Positions 24,345 through 33,140 of a DNA stretch of 64,000 nt are shown here, in pieces. A program made the position numbers and the translations under genes. Each line of letters begins with the position of its first letter. Position 1 is the stretch's first letter. This DNA comes from Kiritimatiellia bacterium (lineage in GTDB: Bacteria; Verrucomicrobiota; Kiritimatiellia; RFP12; UBA1067). Location: positions 7,464 through 71,463 of the forward strand of contig JBJEWA010000135.1 of NCBI GenBank assembly GCA_051884805.1, read 5' to 3'. Below the pieces are notes generated by a model that was not told where the DNA came from, made no database searches, and was given only the letters and a program-made list of their open reading frames with translations.

Positions 24345-24697
24345 GAATATCCGTTTTTCTCCTGACCATCGGATTAACCTCCCTTGTAGGCGCAGAACCG
24401 ACAGCGCCCACAATAGCCACAAACGCCATTGGAAGCGTCTGCACAAGCCGGCAATGCAATTCCGTGACCAAATCAGGGAATCGCTGTAAACGCAAGGCAG
24501 CTCCCTATCAGCTATATTGTAGACAACATGCCGCAGCCACAGCTGTCAAACCTCCCCCACCGTCATGCTGCTATCTGGACGATGCCGATATGCGATGCAA
24601 AACCAAAGCGCGTGACGGCAAGAGGTATTGCACCCAGCATCTGACCCCAGCCACCATGATAGAACCGCCGCCCACCGCCAAACCGCCGGCAAAATGA
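24341..24697 (+). CDS. 118-aa secreted Cys/His-rich protein with a duplicated C..RCK..YCxQH motif
   Basis: ATGA overlap with the EamA stop. Signal peptide MRISVFLLTIGLTSLVGA. Repeats are CTSRQCNSVTKSGNRCKRKAAPYQLYCRQH and CCYLDDADMRCKTKARDGKRYCTQH, followed by Pro-rich linkers. Confidence 0.55.
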   Translation: MRISVFLLTIGLTSLVGAEPTAPTIATNAIGSVCTSRQCNSVTKSGNRCKRKAAPYQLYCRQHAAATAVKPPPPSCCYLDDADMRCKTKARDGKRYCTQHLTPATMIEPPPTAKPPAK

Positions 24698-24737
24698 CCG
24701 CCGCATGAAACCGCAGATGCTTAGAAACACTGCGGAA

Positions 24738-24806
24738 TTCAGCGGGCAAGCGTGCATCAGGGGGAGTTCCCGGAGGCGGAAGTTGCACCAGCGGACGTCG
24801 CTGCCG
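24738..24806 (-). pseudogene. relic of the 3' end (+3' UTR) of a DUF1080 paralog
   Basis: About 70 nt align by eye at roughly 85% with 10996-11068 (…GSDVRW(C/R)N(F/I)R(L/I)RELP + ~20 nt past the stop). One extra G puts the TGA out of frame. The relic abuts the fucokinase stop codon. Confidence 0.55.
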
Positions 24807-24808
24807 CC

Positions 24809-26905
24809 TCAGGACGGCAGGCGCTCCAGCGTCATGCCGACGGAATCGACGGCGAAATCGTAGAAGCGCGAGTACGGCGAGGGCGGGTTCTGCTCCAGGA
24901 ACCGCCGCACTTTCCGCGCGTCCGCCGGCGTCTTGGCGAGAATGTACATGAAACCGCCGCCGCCGGCACCGGCCAGCGACACCGCCGACACGTACGGGCG
25001 GATCACATCGATGATGTCGTCGACGTGCTCGTTCGTCGAGCCGGCGTCCAGCAGCTTCTTGTCGCGCCAGTACGCGTTGACGCACGCCGCGAACGTGTCC
25101 AGGTCGCCGCGTCGGACGGCCTTCGCCGCCTTCTCCGCGTCCCTCTTGACCGAATCGATCAGGATTTTCCCGAAGTTGTGCGGATTGTCCGCATAGAACC
25201 CGAGCACGCGCCGCAGGACGTTTCGCGCCATCCGCTTCTGCCCGGTGAAGTAGAGCAGCGACCGCTGGCCGAGCGCCTTCTGGAATCCGGCGGGCGCCTC
25301 AATCCGGCTGATGGCAACCGCCTGCTCCTTGCCCGGCTTCGACCGCAGGAGCTTGATGCCCGCCGTCATGCCCGCGAACTGGTCCTCCCAGCCGCCGCCC
25401 GTCCGCATTTCCTGTTCAAGCTTCAGCGTCAGCGCACCGACCCTGGCAACGTCGACGTCGCCGATCAGCGCGGCAATCGTCGCCGCGCCGAGAATGGACG
25501 AGGTGCCCATGCCGCTGCCTTTCGGCAGGTTGGCCGAAATCGTGATGTCGAGTCCGCGCGAACCGAACTTGAAGCCGGTCACGGCCAAGGCGCTCTTGAC
25601 CAGGCAGCACCAGTCGTGCGGATCGTGGTGATCGGCGATCTCGGCCGCCGACTTCAGGGTCGTCCGCATGCCGAGATCCTTCGACACGACGCGAACCAGG
25701 GCGTCCTTGCGCGGCGCGACCGTCACTTCAATCGGGCGCACCCCGTCCAGGGTCACCGCCGCCGCCAGCACCGTGCCGCCCTCGGCATAGCAGATTGGCG
25801 GCGTGTCGCTCCAGCCGCCGGCGAAGTCGATGCGGACGGGGGCGGTGACGCGCACCGCCCGGCCGTCGGGCTGCCCGGCCGGCCGCCCGGAGGCGGCGCG
25901 AAGCGCGAGCAGCCGCGCGTGGTTCACCCGTTTCATCTTGTCCCCGAGGCCGTGCTGCTCCCACCGGCCGTCGGCCTTGAAGTTGTCGTCGATATGATAC
26001 CGGAGGTGGTACCACGCCGACTTGCCGAGCGGCAGGGAGGTCAGGCACTCGCCCTTCCCGAGGCTGACCGTGCCGTAGGAGGCGGGCACGTTGGTGACGA
26101 TGTTGTCACCGCCGAGCCTGCCGACCGGCGCCGCACAGGCGTCCACCAGCGCCGCGTTTCGTCCGCCGAGATTCTGCAACAGCTCACGCGACGAGCCGAC
26201 ATGGAAGAAATCGCACGTCGGCACGACCGCGACGCGAAACGGGGCGAAGCCGGCCAGCAGCAGCTGCGGGAACTCCTCGTAGATGTCGCCGGAAATCGGC
26301 AGCTTCGTCATCTTCTGCGCCGTCGCCCAGTCGAAATGCAAAATGCCGGTGTCGATCAGGAACTTGCCGCGCGCGACCTGCGGCTTCTGCAGGAAGTCCG
26401 AGACTTTCCGCACGTCTTTCCCGGCGTCCGCCCCTCGTTCCGCGACATAGACGCCGTGGCGCCGCGCCTGCCACGGCCCGTCGGGATAGGCGACGCCGGT
26501 CACGCCGGACGCGGCAAAGGCGACCTGGTCGCAGTCGAGATAGGGAATCACGTCGCCGCAGCAGACCGTCACGCCGCTCCGCCCCGGCAACTTCGCCATC
26601 GCCTCGACGATATGGTCGAACATCGGCCGCCCGTCGCGCATCGGCACGAACGCCTTGCCCATCGCCGCGTAGCCCGGCGTGCGCCGGGCGTCTCCGCCGG
26701 AGTGGCAGATGAGGAGGTTGCGGGGGCGAGCGGCCGCGGAGTTGAGGACTTTCCGCAGGACGTTCACCGTCGCGCCGAGGGAACCGACGCGCCGGTCGCC
26801 GGGATCGGGCACCACGAGGCAGTGCCTCCGCCCCTCCAGCTGTGCGCGATAGCCCCTGGCCTGCGCCTTGTTCGCCGCCGTCACCACAATCAGGTCGAAC
26901 GTCAC
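24809..26905 (-). CDS. fkp: bifunctional-type L-fucokinase / fucose-1-P guanylyltransferase-like protein (GHMP kinase C-terminal domain)
   Basis: GHMP motif ANLPKGSGMGTSSILGAA, plus GGWSDTPP and GGGWEDQ. The N-terminal nucleotidyltransferase-like half starts FDLIVVTAAN. GTG start with an AGGAGA SD 5 nt upstream. Confidence 0.75.
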   Translation of the reverse strand: MTFDLIVVTAANKAQARGYRAQLEGRRHCLVVPDPGDRRVGSLGATVNVLRKVLNSAAARPRNLLICHSGGDARRTPGYAAMGKAFVPMRDGRPMFDHIVEAMAKLPGRSGVTVCCGDVIPYLDCDQVAFAASGVTGVAYPDGPWQARRHGVYVAERGADAGKDVRKVSDFLQKPQVARGKFLIDTGILHFDWATAQKMTKLPISGDIYEEFPQLLLAGFAPFRVAVVPTCDFFHVGSSRELLQNLGGRNAALVDACAAPVGRLGGDNIVTNVPASYGTVSLGKGECLTSLPLGKSAWYHLRYHIDDNFKADGRWEQHGLGDKMKRVNHARLLALRAASGRPAGQPDGRAVRVTAPVRIDFAGGWSDTPPICYAEGGTVLAAAVTLDGVRPIEVTVAPRKDALVRVVSKDLGMRTTLKSAAEIADHHDPHDWCCLVKSALAVTGFKFGSRGLDITISANLPKGSGMGTSSILGAATIAALIGDVDVARVGALTLKLEQEMRTGGGWEDQFAGMTAGIKLLRSKPGKEQAVAISRIEAPAGFQKALGQRSLLYFTGQKRMARNVLRRVLGFYADNPHNFGKILIDSVKRDAEKAAKAVRRGDLDTFAACVNAYWRDKKLLDAGSTNEHVDDIIDVIRPYVSAVSLAGAGGGGFMYILAKTPADARKVRRFLEQNPPSPYSRFYDFAVDSVGMTLERLPS

Positions 26906-26931
26906 GCCATTCTCCTTTCGTCCCCTTGTCC

Positions 26932-28314
26932 TTAAACCCCGCCCTGTCCGCGGCCGTACGCGGGGGTCGAGAACGGCGGCACGTCCGTCCTGCCCTCGCG
27001 CCAGTCGCGCACGGCCTGCAGTCGCGCCTTCATGTTCGCCTCGCGCCCGAGCCCGGCCGGCGTATAGTACCGGCGGTCCTTGATCGCCTCGGGCAGGCAC
27101 GACATGCGGGCGATCTTCTCGTCCGTAGCGTGCGCGTAGGTGTAGCCCTTGCCGTAGTCCAGCGCCTTCATCAGCCGCGTCGGCGCGTTGCGGATGTTCA
27201 GCGGCACCGGCTCGGCCATCCGGTTCTGCGCGTCCGCCGCCGCCCGCAGATACGCCTCCTCCATCGCGTTCGACTTCGGCGCCAGCGCCAGATAGACGAC
27301 GGCCTGCGTCAGATGCACGTTGCACTCCGGCACGCCCAGGTTGTGGCAGGCGTCCCAGACCGCGTTCGCGAGCAGGAGCGCGTTCGGGTCGGCCAGCCCC
27401 ACGTCCTCGGACGCGAAGCGCACGCAACGCCGCGCGATGTAGAGCGGATCTTCGCCGCCCTCCAGCATCCGCGCCAGCCAGTATACGGCGGCGTCAGGAT
27501 CGGAGTTGCGCATCGACTTGTGCAGGGCCGAAATGAGGTTGTAGTGCTCCTCGCCGTGCTTGTCGTACAGGAGCGCCTTGCGGCTCATGACCTGCGCCAG
27601 CGTCTCTTCGGTGACCGACAGCCGGCCGTCCGCCCCCGGCTCGCAGTTGGCGACAGCCGTCTCCAGCGTGCCGAGCGCATGGCGCGCATCGCCGTTCGAG
27701 AAGACCGCGATCTTGCGCAGGAGCTCGTCGGAGCACGCGACCTCCAGCTTGCCGAACCCGCGTTCGCTCGTCAGCGCGTGGCGCAGGAGCTTCACGAGCT
27801 CGTCTTCCGTCAAGCCCTTCAGGACGAAGACCTTGCAGCGGGAGAGCAACGCCGAATTGACCTCGAAGGACGGATTCTCGGTCGTCGCGCCGATGAGGAT
27901 GATCGACCCCTGCTCGACATACGGCAGGAACGCGTCCTGCTGCGCCTTGTTGAAGCGATGGATCTCGTCCACGAACAGGACGGTGCGCACGCCCAGCCGC
28001 CGCCCCTGCTCGGCCCGCGCCATGATCTCCTTGATCTCCTTGATGCCGCTGGTCACGGCCGAGTAGTTGACGAACTCGGCCTTGGTCGCGTTGGCGACCA
28101 CGTTGGCGAGCGTGGTCTTACCGACGCCGGGCGGCCCCCACAGGATCATCGAGGGGATCTGGTCGCGCTCGATCATCTGCCGGAGCAGCTTGCCCTCGCC
28201 GACAAGATGCTCCTGCCCGACGAATTCGGACAGGTCGCGCGGTCGCATCCGAGAGGCGAGCGGCTGCGACGCGGCCGCCAAGTCGGACCCCTCTATGAGC
28301 GACATCTGCCTCAT
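26932..28314 (-). CDS. rarA: replication-associated recombination protein A (AAA+ ATPase)
   Basis: LASRMRPRDLSEFVGQEHLVG..., Walker A GPPGVGKTT, VLFVDEIHRFNKAQQDAFLPYVEQGSIILIGATTENPSFEVNSALLSRC closely track RarA/MgsA. Confidence 0.9.
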   Translation of the reverse strand: MRQMSLIEGSDLAAASQPLASRMRPRDLSEFVGQEHLVGEGKLLRQMIERDQIPSMILWGPPGVGKTTLANVVANATKAEFVNYSAVTSGIKEIKEIMARAEQGRRLGVRTVLFVDEIHRFNKAQQDAFLPYVEQGSIILIGATTENPSFEVNSALLSRCKVFVLKGLTEDELVKLLRHALTSERGFGKLEVACSDELLRKIAVFSNGDARHALGTLETAVANCEPGADGRLSVTEETLAQVMSRKALLYDKHGEEHYNLISALHKSMRNSDPDAAVYWLARMLEGGEDPLYIARRCVRFASEDVGLADPNALLLANAVWDACHNLGVPECNVHLTQAVVYLALAPKSNAMEEAYLRAAADAQNRMAEPVPLNIRNAPTRLMKALDYGKGYTYAHATDEKIARMSCLPEAIKDRRYYTPAGLGREANMKARLQAVRDWREGRTDVPPFSTPAYGRGQGGV

Positions 28315-28321
28315 GCCGGGG

Positions 28322-28330
28322 ATTATACCA
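28322..28330 (-). promoter_or_regulatory. extended -10 box TGgTATAAT, 7 nt upstream of the rarA ATG (leaderless candidate)
   Basis: The minus strand reads TGGTATAAT-ccccggc-ATG(28314). Confidence 0.4.
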
Positions 28331-28568
28331 AAACCGCCGCTGGACGAGCCAGCGTTCAAGCCGAATCATTCACTTTGTCGTTCGAGCTTGTTGCATTGAA
28401 TCGGCCGACGACGACGCAACGCACATCCGCCCCCGGTCTTCCTCCCGCTACGGCGGTGAAGGCACTTTGGGCTGCCATCGGCGTTGATTCGCCCGGAAAA
28501 AGCCCGCGTTCAATCCCATGCAGATCATCAGGAAAACGTCAATCCAGGTGGAACTGCGCGCGACGAAA

Positions 28569-28593
28569 GGGCTTCACCCATCGGGTGAAGCCC
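28569..28593 (-). terminator. perfect 11-bp hairpin (GGGCTTCACCC-atc-GGGTGAAGCCC), possible terminator of the 37291->28695 operon
   Basis: Read directly. It is followed on the minus strand only by a weak TTTCG tract. Confidence 0.35.
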
Positions 28594-28694
28594 CCATCTT
28601 CGGCTAAAGCCAATGTTTAAGCGGACGACATTGACAAAGCACGATTCCTCCTGTCCCTTATCGGTTCAACCTCGGGCCGGCAAACAGCGCAGGT

Positions 28695-29741
28695 TCACTC
28701 AAGGGCTCGCGATGTGGCGAGCGCTATGACGCGGCCTTGATTGCCGACCGCACAGTAGAAATGATAAACGACGCCCTGATGCTTGATTACCCACGGCTTG
28801 TGGGCGTGACTGCTGTCGAAATCCGCCCCCGGCGCAACGAGCGGATCTCCCGTCCATTTCGTCCAATGGACGAGGTCCTTCGAGGCGGCGAAGGTCTCAT
28901 AAGCCGGCGTGTCCTTTTTCGGATAAAAGGCCGAGAAATAAAACATGACGTAGAGATCGCCGATCTTCGTCAGCATCGGGTCGCCGGCGAGTCCGATGCC
29001 GCGCTCGGACGGAATCGGTTCGCCATTGTCAAGCACCGCACTGTCCCCATACCGACGCCATTTCTTCATATCGTCGGAAACGGCCATGCCGATCGCCTCC
29101 CCGCGATCCGACTTTCGCTTCGCATTATAGTACATGACGAACTCCGAGCCGAGGGTTCGTTGCCGATCGCGGATGACGAAACTGCGAAACAGCTCGTAGT
29201 CTTCAAACGTCCGCGCATCATCGTCCCCCGGCCCGAGCACAGGATCGGGCAGTGCCCGCGTCCACGGCGCGGCCGCCGCATTGTCGCGCGTCGTGGCGAC
29301 GCCAATCGAGAGCGGCGCCGTCTCATACCCGGTCTTGGCGCCACCGATATAGGTCATCCAGTAGCGGCAATGATAGCGCTCCATCCGGTTCTCGCCGCCC
29401 CACACCGTCGAAAACAGAGCAGGCCCTCCGTCCGCCTGCGCCGAGTCCCAGGCCCCCGCAGGCGCACGCGACAGCACGACGCCGGTATCCGACCAGTGCA
29501 GAAGATCTTCCGAAGCCGCCAGATGCGTTTCGTACCCCGTCCCGTCGTACACGATATACATCATCCGCCAACCGTCGTCAACCTTGTAGACACACGGATT
29601 GTCGATCATCTGGCCTGCTTTCGGACGCATCACCACACCGTATTTGCAAGGCGTCTTGACCTCCTGATAAACGGAATCCATCTCCTCCTGGGTTACGGCA
29701 GCACTCAGCACCGTCGCAAAAAGCCATGTCAAAGCGTACAT
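28695..29741 (-). CDS. secreted five-bladed beta-propeller glycosidase-like protein (GH43/GH130/GH117-type fold)
   Basis: Signal peptide. Repeated W/Y-rich blade pattern (…DNPCVYKVDDGWRMMYIVYDG…, …YWMTYIGG…, …FVMYYNAK…, …LYVMFYFS…, …VVYHFYCAV…). The exact family is not resolved. Confidence 0.65.
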   Translation of the reverse strand: MYALTWLFATVLSAAVTQEEMDSVYQEVKTPCKYGVVMRPKAGQMIDNPCVYKVDDGWRMMYIVYDGTGYETHLAASEDLLHWSDTGVVLSRAPAGAWDSAQADGGPALFSTVWGGENRMERYHCRYWMTYIGGAKTGYETAPLSIGVATTRDNAAAAPWTRALPDPVLGPGDDDARTFEDYELFRSFVIRDRQRTLGSEFVMYYNAKRKSDRGEAIGMAVSDDMKKWRRYGDSAVLDNGEPIPSERGIGLAGDPMLTKIGDLYVMFYFSAFYPKKDTPAYETFAASKDLVHWTKWTGDPLVAPGADFDSSHAHKPWVIKHQGVVYHFYCAVGNQGRVIALATSRALE

Positions 29742-29753
29742 TGTCCAACCTCC

Positions 29754-32700
29754 TCAGCGAATCCACATGACGAAACTATGCGCGACAAGCGTCGCCGACA
29801 TACCGCTCCCATTGAATCTGTACTTCACCTTCCATCCCTTGGGGACGTTCTCCATGACGATGGCGTTCGCATCGCCGTCAAACTTGTCCACCTCGAGTAT
29901 CTTCCCAGCCTCCTTAAGGCCGTTCAGCTCGACCGTAAGACCGCCGTTGGCCGCCAATTCGAGGCAACCGATCCGACATCCCCGACCAAGCGTCACGCGC
30001 GATCCATCGCAAACGCGAACCGCGCCTGGCAGCTCCTGGACGCCGAGATAGGAATCGCCGCCAGACGCAAACACCAGCTCCGCGCCCTCCTTCACCACCA
30101 GGCGACCGCAGCACTCGACGGACCTCACCGCCACGACGCCGGATTCGACGGCGAACGCCGCATCTTCCGCCACCTCGACAACAGGCTTCGGGGCGTCTCC
30201 GCCGGACTCTCCCGCCAGATAGCTGCTTCGGACGTCTTCAGCGCTCAATGCCGTGCGATAGACCGCGAAGTCCCCAATGTACCCCTTGAACGGGCGATCC
30301 GTTCCCGTCGCCAAAGCCGCGCCCAGGTTGATTGTTCCAATCGCCACATTCAGGTCATCCGCCAGAGTGTCGCTTCCCTTGAGGACGCCATCGACATAGA
30401 TCGACCGGACGCGCGCAACCGACTCATAGGTGACGACGATCTGATGCCAGGTCGACTTGTCGCCTGAAAAGACCGCATCGTCCGGACTGGTACTGATCGA
30501 ATTGTCCGCCGACCAAGCATAGTGCTGATACCCGGGGGCGCCCGACAACTGTCCCGAAAGGTCATTGAAGAAGGTGAATGCGTTCATCGCACGTACCGTA
30601 CGAGGGGTTCCCCAGCTCCAAACGCCCAAATAGGCATTCGCGCCCATCTGAGTGATCTGATCGGGAATCACCCACGCAACGACGGTAAAGGCGTCATTCC
30701 CTTGGGGAAAGGCGTCCACATCACCCTCCTTTATACGCAGATAACTCGATCCGTCGAACCTCATCGCCCCAGGGACATCCGAGGCAAGATCCGCTACGTC
30801 GCCGGATGTCGGCGCAAAGCGGAACCCCCTGCCGTCGTCATCAGCCAGCGGGTCGCCGCCTTCAAAAGACCAATGCGCGACCAGCTCGCTGGCGTATGCG
30901 GGCGAGTTCGCGACAACGAGAGTTCCCTGATCGACGACAACCTCGGAAGGCAGCTGCGACGCATCCGAAACAACGACGACGCCCGGCCCTTTCTTCACGG
31001 CAGCGCCGTCGCCGAGCAATCGACCCACCGCCATGCCGCCCTCGCCGAACACGACCTGGGCGCCGCCGGCAATCTGCACTGCGCCGGGGAAGTTGCCGTC
31101 CGACACGAGGGACAGGCAGCCGTCCCGGACGGCAATCGTGCCGTTGCCGGAAAGCCCGGAAACGTCGATCGACGAAGTTCCGCCCAGCGACAACGTGCCC
31201 TCGACGCAAACGGCGCCGTCCGCGACAACCGATGCCGCAGGCACAGTCTTCCCGGAGGCAACGGACAGGGTCGCCGATTCCTCGACGACCAGATCAGCCT
31301 GGCCTTGAAGCGCCGACGAAATCCCGCCTGTCGCCAGCAAAGGAATCTGCTCTGGCGCAACCGCGCAATCCAGAATCATGAAGTCGTCGATCGCGCCCTT
31401 CCAATAACTGTGACTCTCCCCGGACCCCTTGCTCATGCCAATGGCGAAATCGGACAGGGCTACCGACATATTGCCCGGAGCATCTTCGGCCAGGAGCATG
31501 CCGTCTGCGTAGATCCTTCTGCGCGGGAGCTGCGGATCGTAGGTCACCACCACATGATGCCATTGATCGTCCCAGACGTTGTCATAGACGGACGCATCGT
31601 TCACGAAATACGAATCGTAGGCGACCAGATCATTGCCCCAGTTGTAATGGATATAGCCGAATTCCTCACTGGAGGAATCGGTGCCGGACGTCCTCAATGC
31701 GTTGATCTGACCGCTCGCGGCAACACCCCATGAGTAGATGCCGCACTTCTGACGCTTCTGGCCGGGATCGGGCTTCACTCTGACCGAGACCGAAAAGGCC
31801 GCATTGCCCGACGGAAAATCCGTATGATCCGACGCGGCAAACCGCTTGGACGCAAAAGGATTCAGGACCAGGGTATTGACATCGGTCGCACCGGCAAACG
31901 TCACGGCATCGGGATTGGCGCTCACCAGTTCCGTCCACGAATCCTCGCCTTTCGAAGGAATCAGACGATAGCCGTTCCCCGAACTGTCGCGCCCCGGATC
32001 TTCCGAATCAAACGTCCAGTGTGCCACCACGTGCCGCGAAAGATCGACCGCGCCCCCGACTTCCAATTCGCCCTCTTTCACGCAAACCCGGCCCGACTGA
32101 AGGCTGCCGACCGTCAGCTTTCCCGATCCCGTCTTCTCGACCGTGCCGACACCGCGCAAGGCAAGACCGGTCTCCGCCGGAGACGAAATGTCAAAGTGCG
32201 TCTTCGCTCCAGCGGCGGTTTCAACGGTTCCATTCCCCGTCACGGCGGCGATCGTCTGGCGTGAAAGCTCATTGACGAGAACACCCGTATCGGCAACGGA
32301 CACGGTTGCCGTCGCCGGGATGAAGTCCTCGCCTGTCGGCATCCCCGCGGCCAAGACCGAAGCCTGCGCGGCGGTCAGCGCACACGAATAGATCCGCAGG
32401 TCGTCGATCCGACCCTTGAAGTTCCGATCGCCCGCCGCCAGGACATTTCCGATATACAGCGAATTGTCCGGCGACAAGTTCAGATTAGGCGTGAAATCCG
32501 GATCGTCATACGCCGCGAGCGCCCCGTTCAGATAAACCTGCCGCTTATGACCGGTCGCTGCGGACGGATCCCATACACAAAGGCAATGAACCCACTCGCT
32601 CCCCGAGAAGTCCGCCGGCCATTTGAACTTGAAGTCAGAACCGTAGAAAAAGAAATTGCCGTTGCCGCTCTGCAGGCCAAATCCGGCGCATTGACCGCTC

Positions 32701-33140
32701 GCCCGCTGTCCCCAACTGCAAACTCCGCCGCTTTCTCCGCCGGCTTCAGGACAAAGCCAAACCGAAATCGAAAAAGGAGTGTTTCCGGCGGGCAACCCCA
32801 GACATCTCGTCTGAAAACGTGTCGCTCCGTCAAATCGAAGCGCTCCGCCGAATTTCCCCGTTGCCGCGACAATGCCTTCAACGGGAATCTTCAAGTCGCG
32901 ATTCAGGCTGCCGCTGTTCCGCCCCATCGCCTGGCGATCGTCAAAGGAGTAACTGACCAACGGCATTGGAAGCGCCGATTCATAGGCCGCGGCGCCCTTC
33001 GGAATCGAAATGGACGTGAGATCGGCCCACACAGAGTCAACATGGGCCTTCCCGGACACCACGACCTCCGACCCCATGCAGACGGAGGCCAATGCGGCTT
33101 GAAATGACAGCATCGACAGCTTGCTTGCTTTCATACTCAT
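29754..33140 (-). CDS. 1128-aa secreted protein with three LamG (Laminin_G_3/ConA-like) domains and autotransporter-type beta-strand repeats; C-terminus ends SFVMWIR
   Basis: LRFDGATRFQT...FSISVWLCPE...FKGRIDDLRIYSCALTAAQ and two further copies (…YWKGAIDDFMILDCAV…, …FKGYIGDFAVYRTALSAED…). ATGA overlap with the upstream gene. Confidence 0.8.
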   Translation of the reverse strand: MSMKASKLSMLSFQAALASVCMGSEVVVSGKAHVDSVWADLTSISIPKGAAAYESALPMPLVSYSFDDRQAMGRNSGSLNRDLKIPVEGIVAATGKFGGALRFDGATRFQTRCLGLPAGNTPFSISVWLCPEAGGESGGVCSWGQRASGQCAGFGLQSGNGNFFFYGSDFKFKWPADFSGSEWVHCLCVWDPSAATGHKRQVYLNGALAAYDDPDFTPNLNLSPDNSLYIGNVLAAGDRNFKGRIDDLRIYSCALTAAQASVLAAGMPTGEDFIPATATVSVADTGVLVNELSRQTIAAVTGNGTVETAAGAKTHFDISSPAETGLALRGVGTVEKTGSGKLTVGSLQSGRVCVKEGELEVGGAVDLSRHVVAHWTFDSEDPGRDSSGNGYRLIPSKGEDSWTELVSANPDAVTFAGATDVNTLVLNPFASKRFAASDHTDFPSGNAAFSVSVRVKPDPGQKRQKCGIYSWGVAASGQINALRTSGTDSSSEEFGYIHYNWGNDLVAYDSYFVNDASVYDNVWDDQWHHVVVTYDPQLPRRRIYADGMLLAEDAPGNMSVALSDFAIGMSKGSGESHSYWKGAIDDFMILDCAVAPEQIPLLATGGISSALQGQADLVVEESATLSVASGKTVPAASVVADGAVCVEGTLSLGGTSSIDVSGLSGNGTIAVRDGCLSLVSDGNFPGAVQIAGGAQVVFGEGGMAVGRLLGDGAAVKKGPGVVVVSDASQLPSEVVVDQGTLVVANSPAYASELVAHWSFEGGDPLADDDGRGFRFAPTSGDVADLASDVPGAMRFDGSSYLRIKEGDVDAFPQGNDAFTVVAWVIPDQITQMGANAYLGVWSWGTPRTVRAMNAFTFFNDLSGQLSGAPGYQHYAWSADNSISTSPDDAVFSGDKSTWHQIVVTYESVARVRSIYVDGVLKGSDTLADDLNVAIGTINLGAALATGTDRPFKGYIGDFAVYRTALSAEDVRSSYLAGESGGDAPKPVVEVAEDAAFAVESGVVAVRSVECCGRLVVKEGAELVFASGGDSYLGVQELPGAVRVCDGSRVTLGRGCRIGCLELAANGGLTVELNGLKEAGKILEVDKFDGDANAIVMENVPKGWKVKYRFNGSGMSATLVAHSFVMWIR

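Noticed and set aside
10996-24806. The two ~70-bp DUF1080-end copies as att-like direct repeats bracketing a 13.7-kb genomic island next to the tRNA genes.
   Set aside because: The geometry is wrong for insertion into the 3' end of the intact gene, because the fragment lies on the 5' side. Most of the interior (11-18.5 kb) has native high-GC composition. No integrase is present. Identity is only about 85%, which fits an old paralog relic better.
28380-28690. Known structured RNAs (tmRNA, SRP RNA, RNase P RNA, 6S RNA, riboswitches) in the largest non-coding gaps (28.4-28.7 kb, 38.6-38.8 kb, 55.3-55.7 kb).
   Set aside because: None of the characteristic conserved motifs could be recognised by eye. 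This cannot be excluded without a covariance-model scan.
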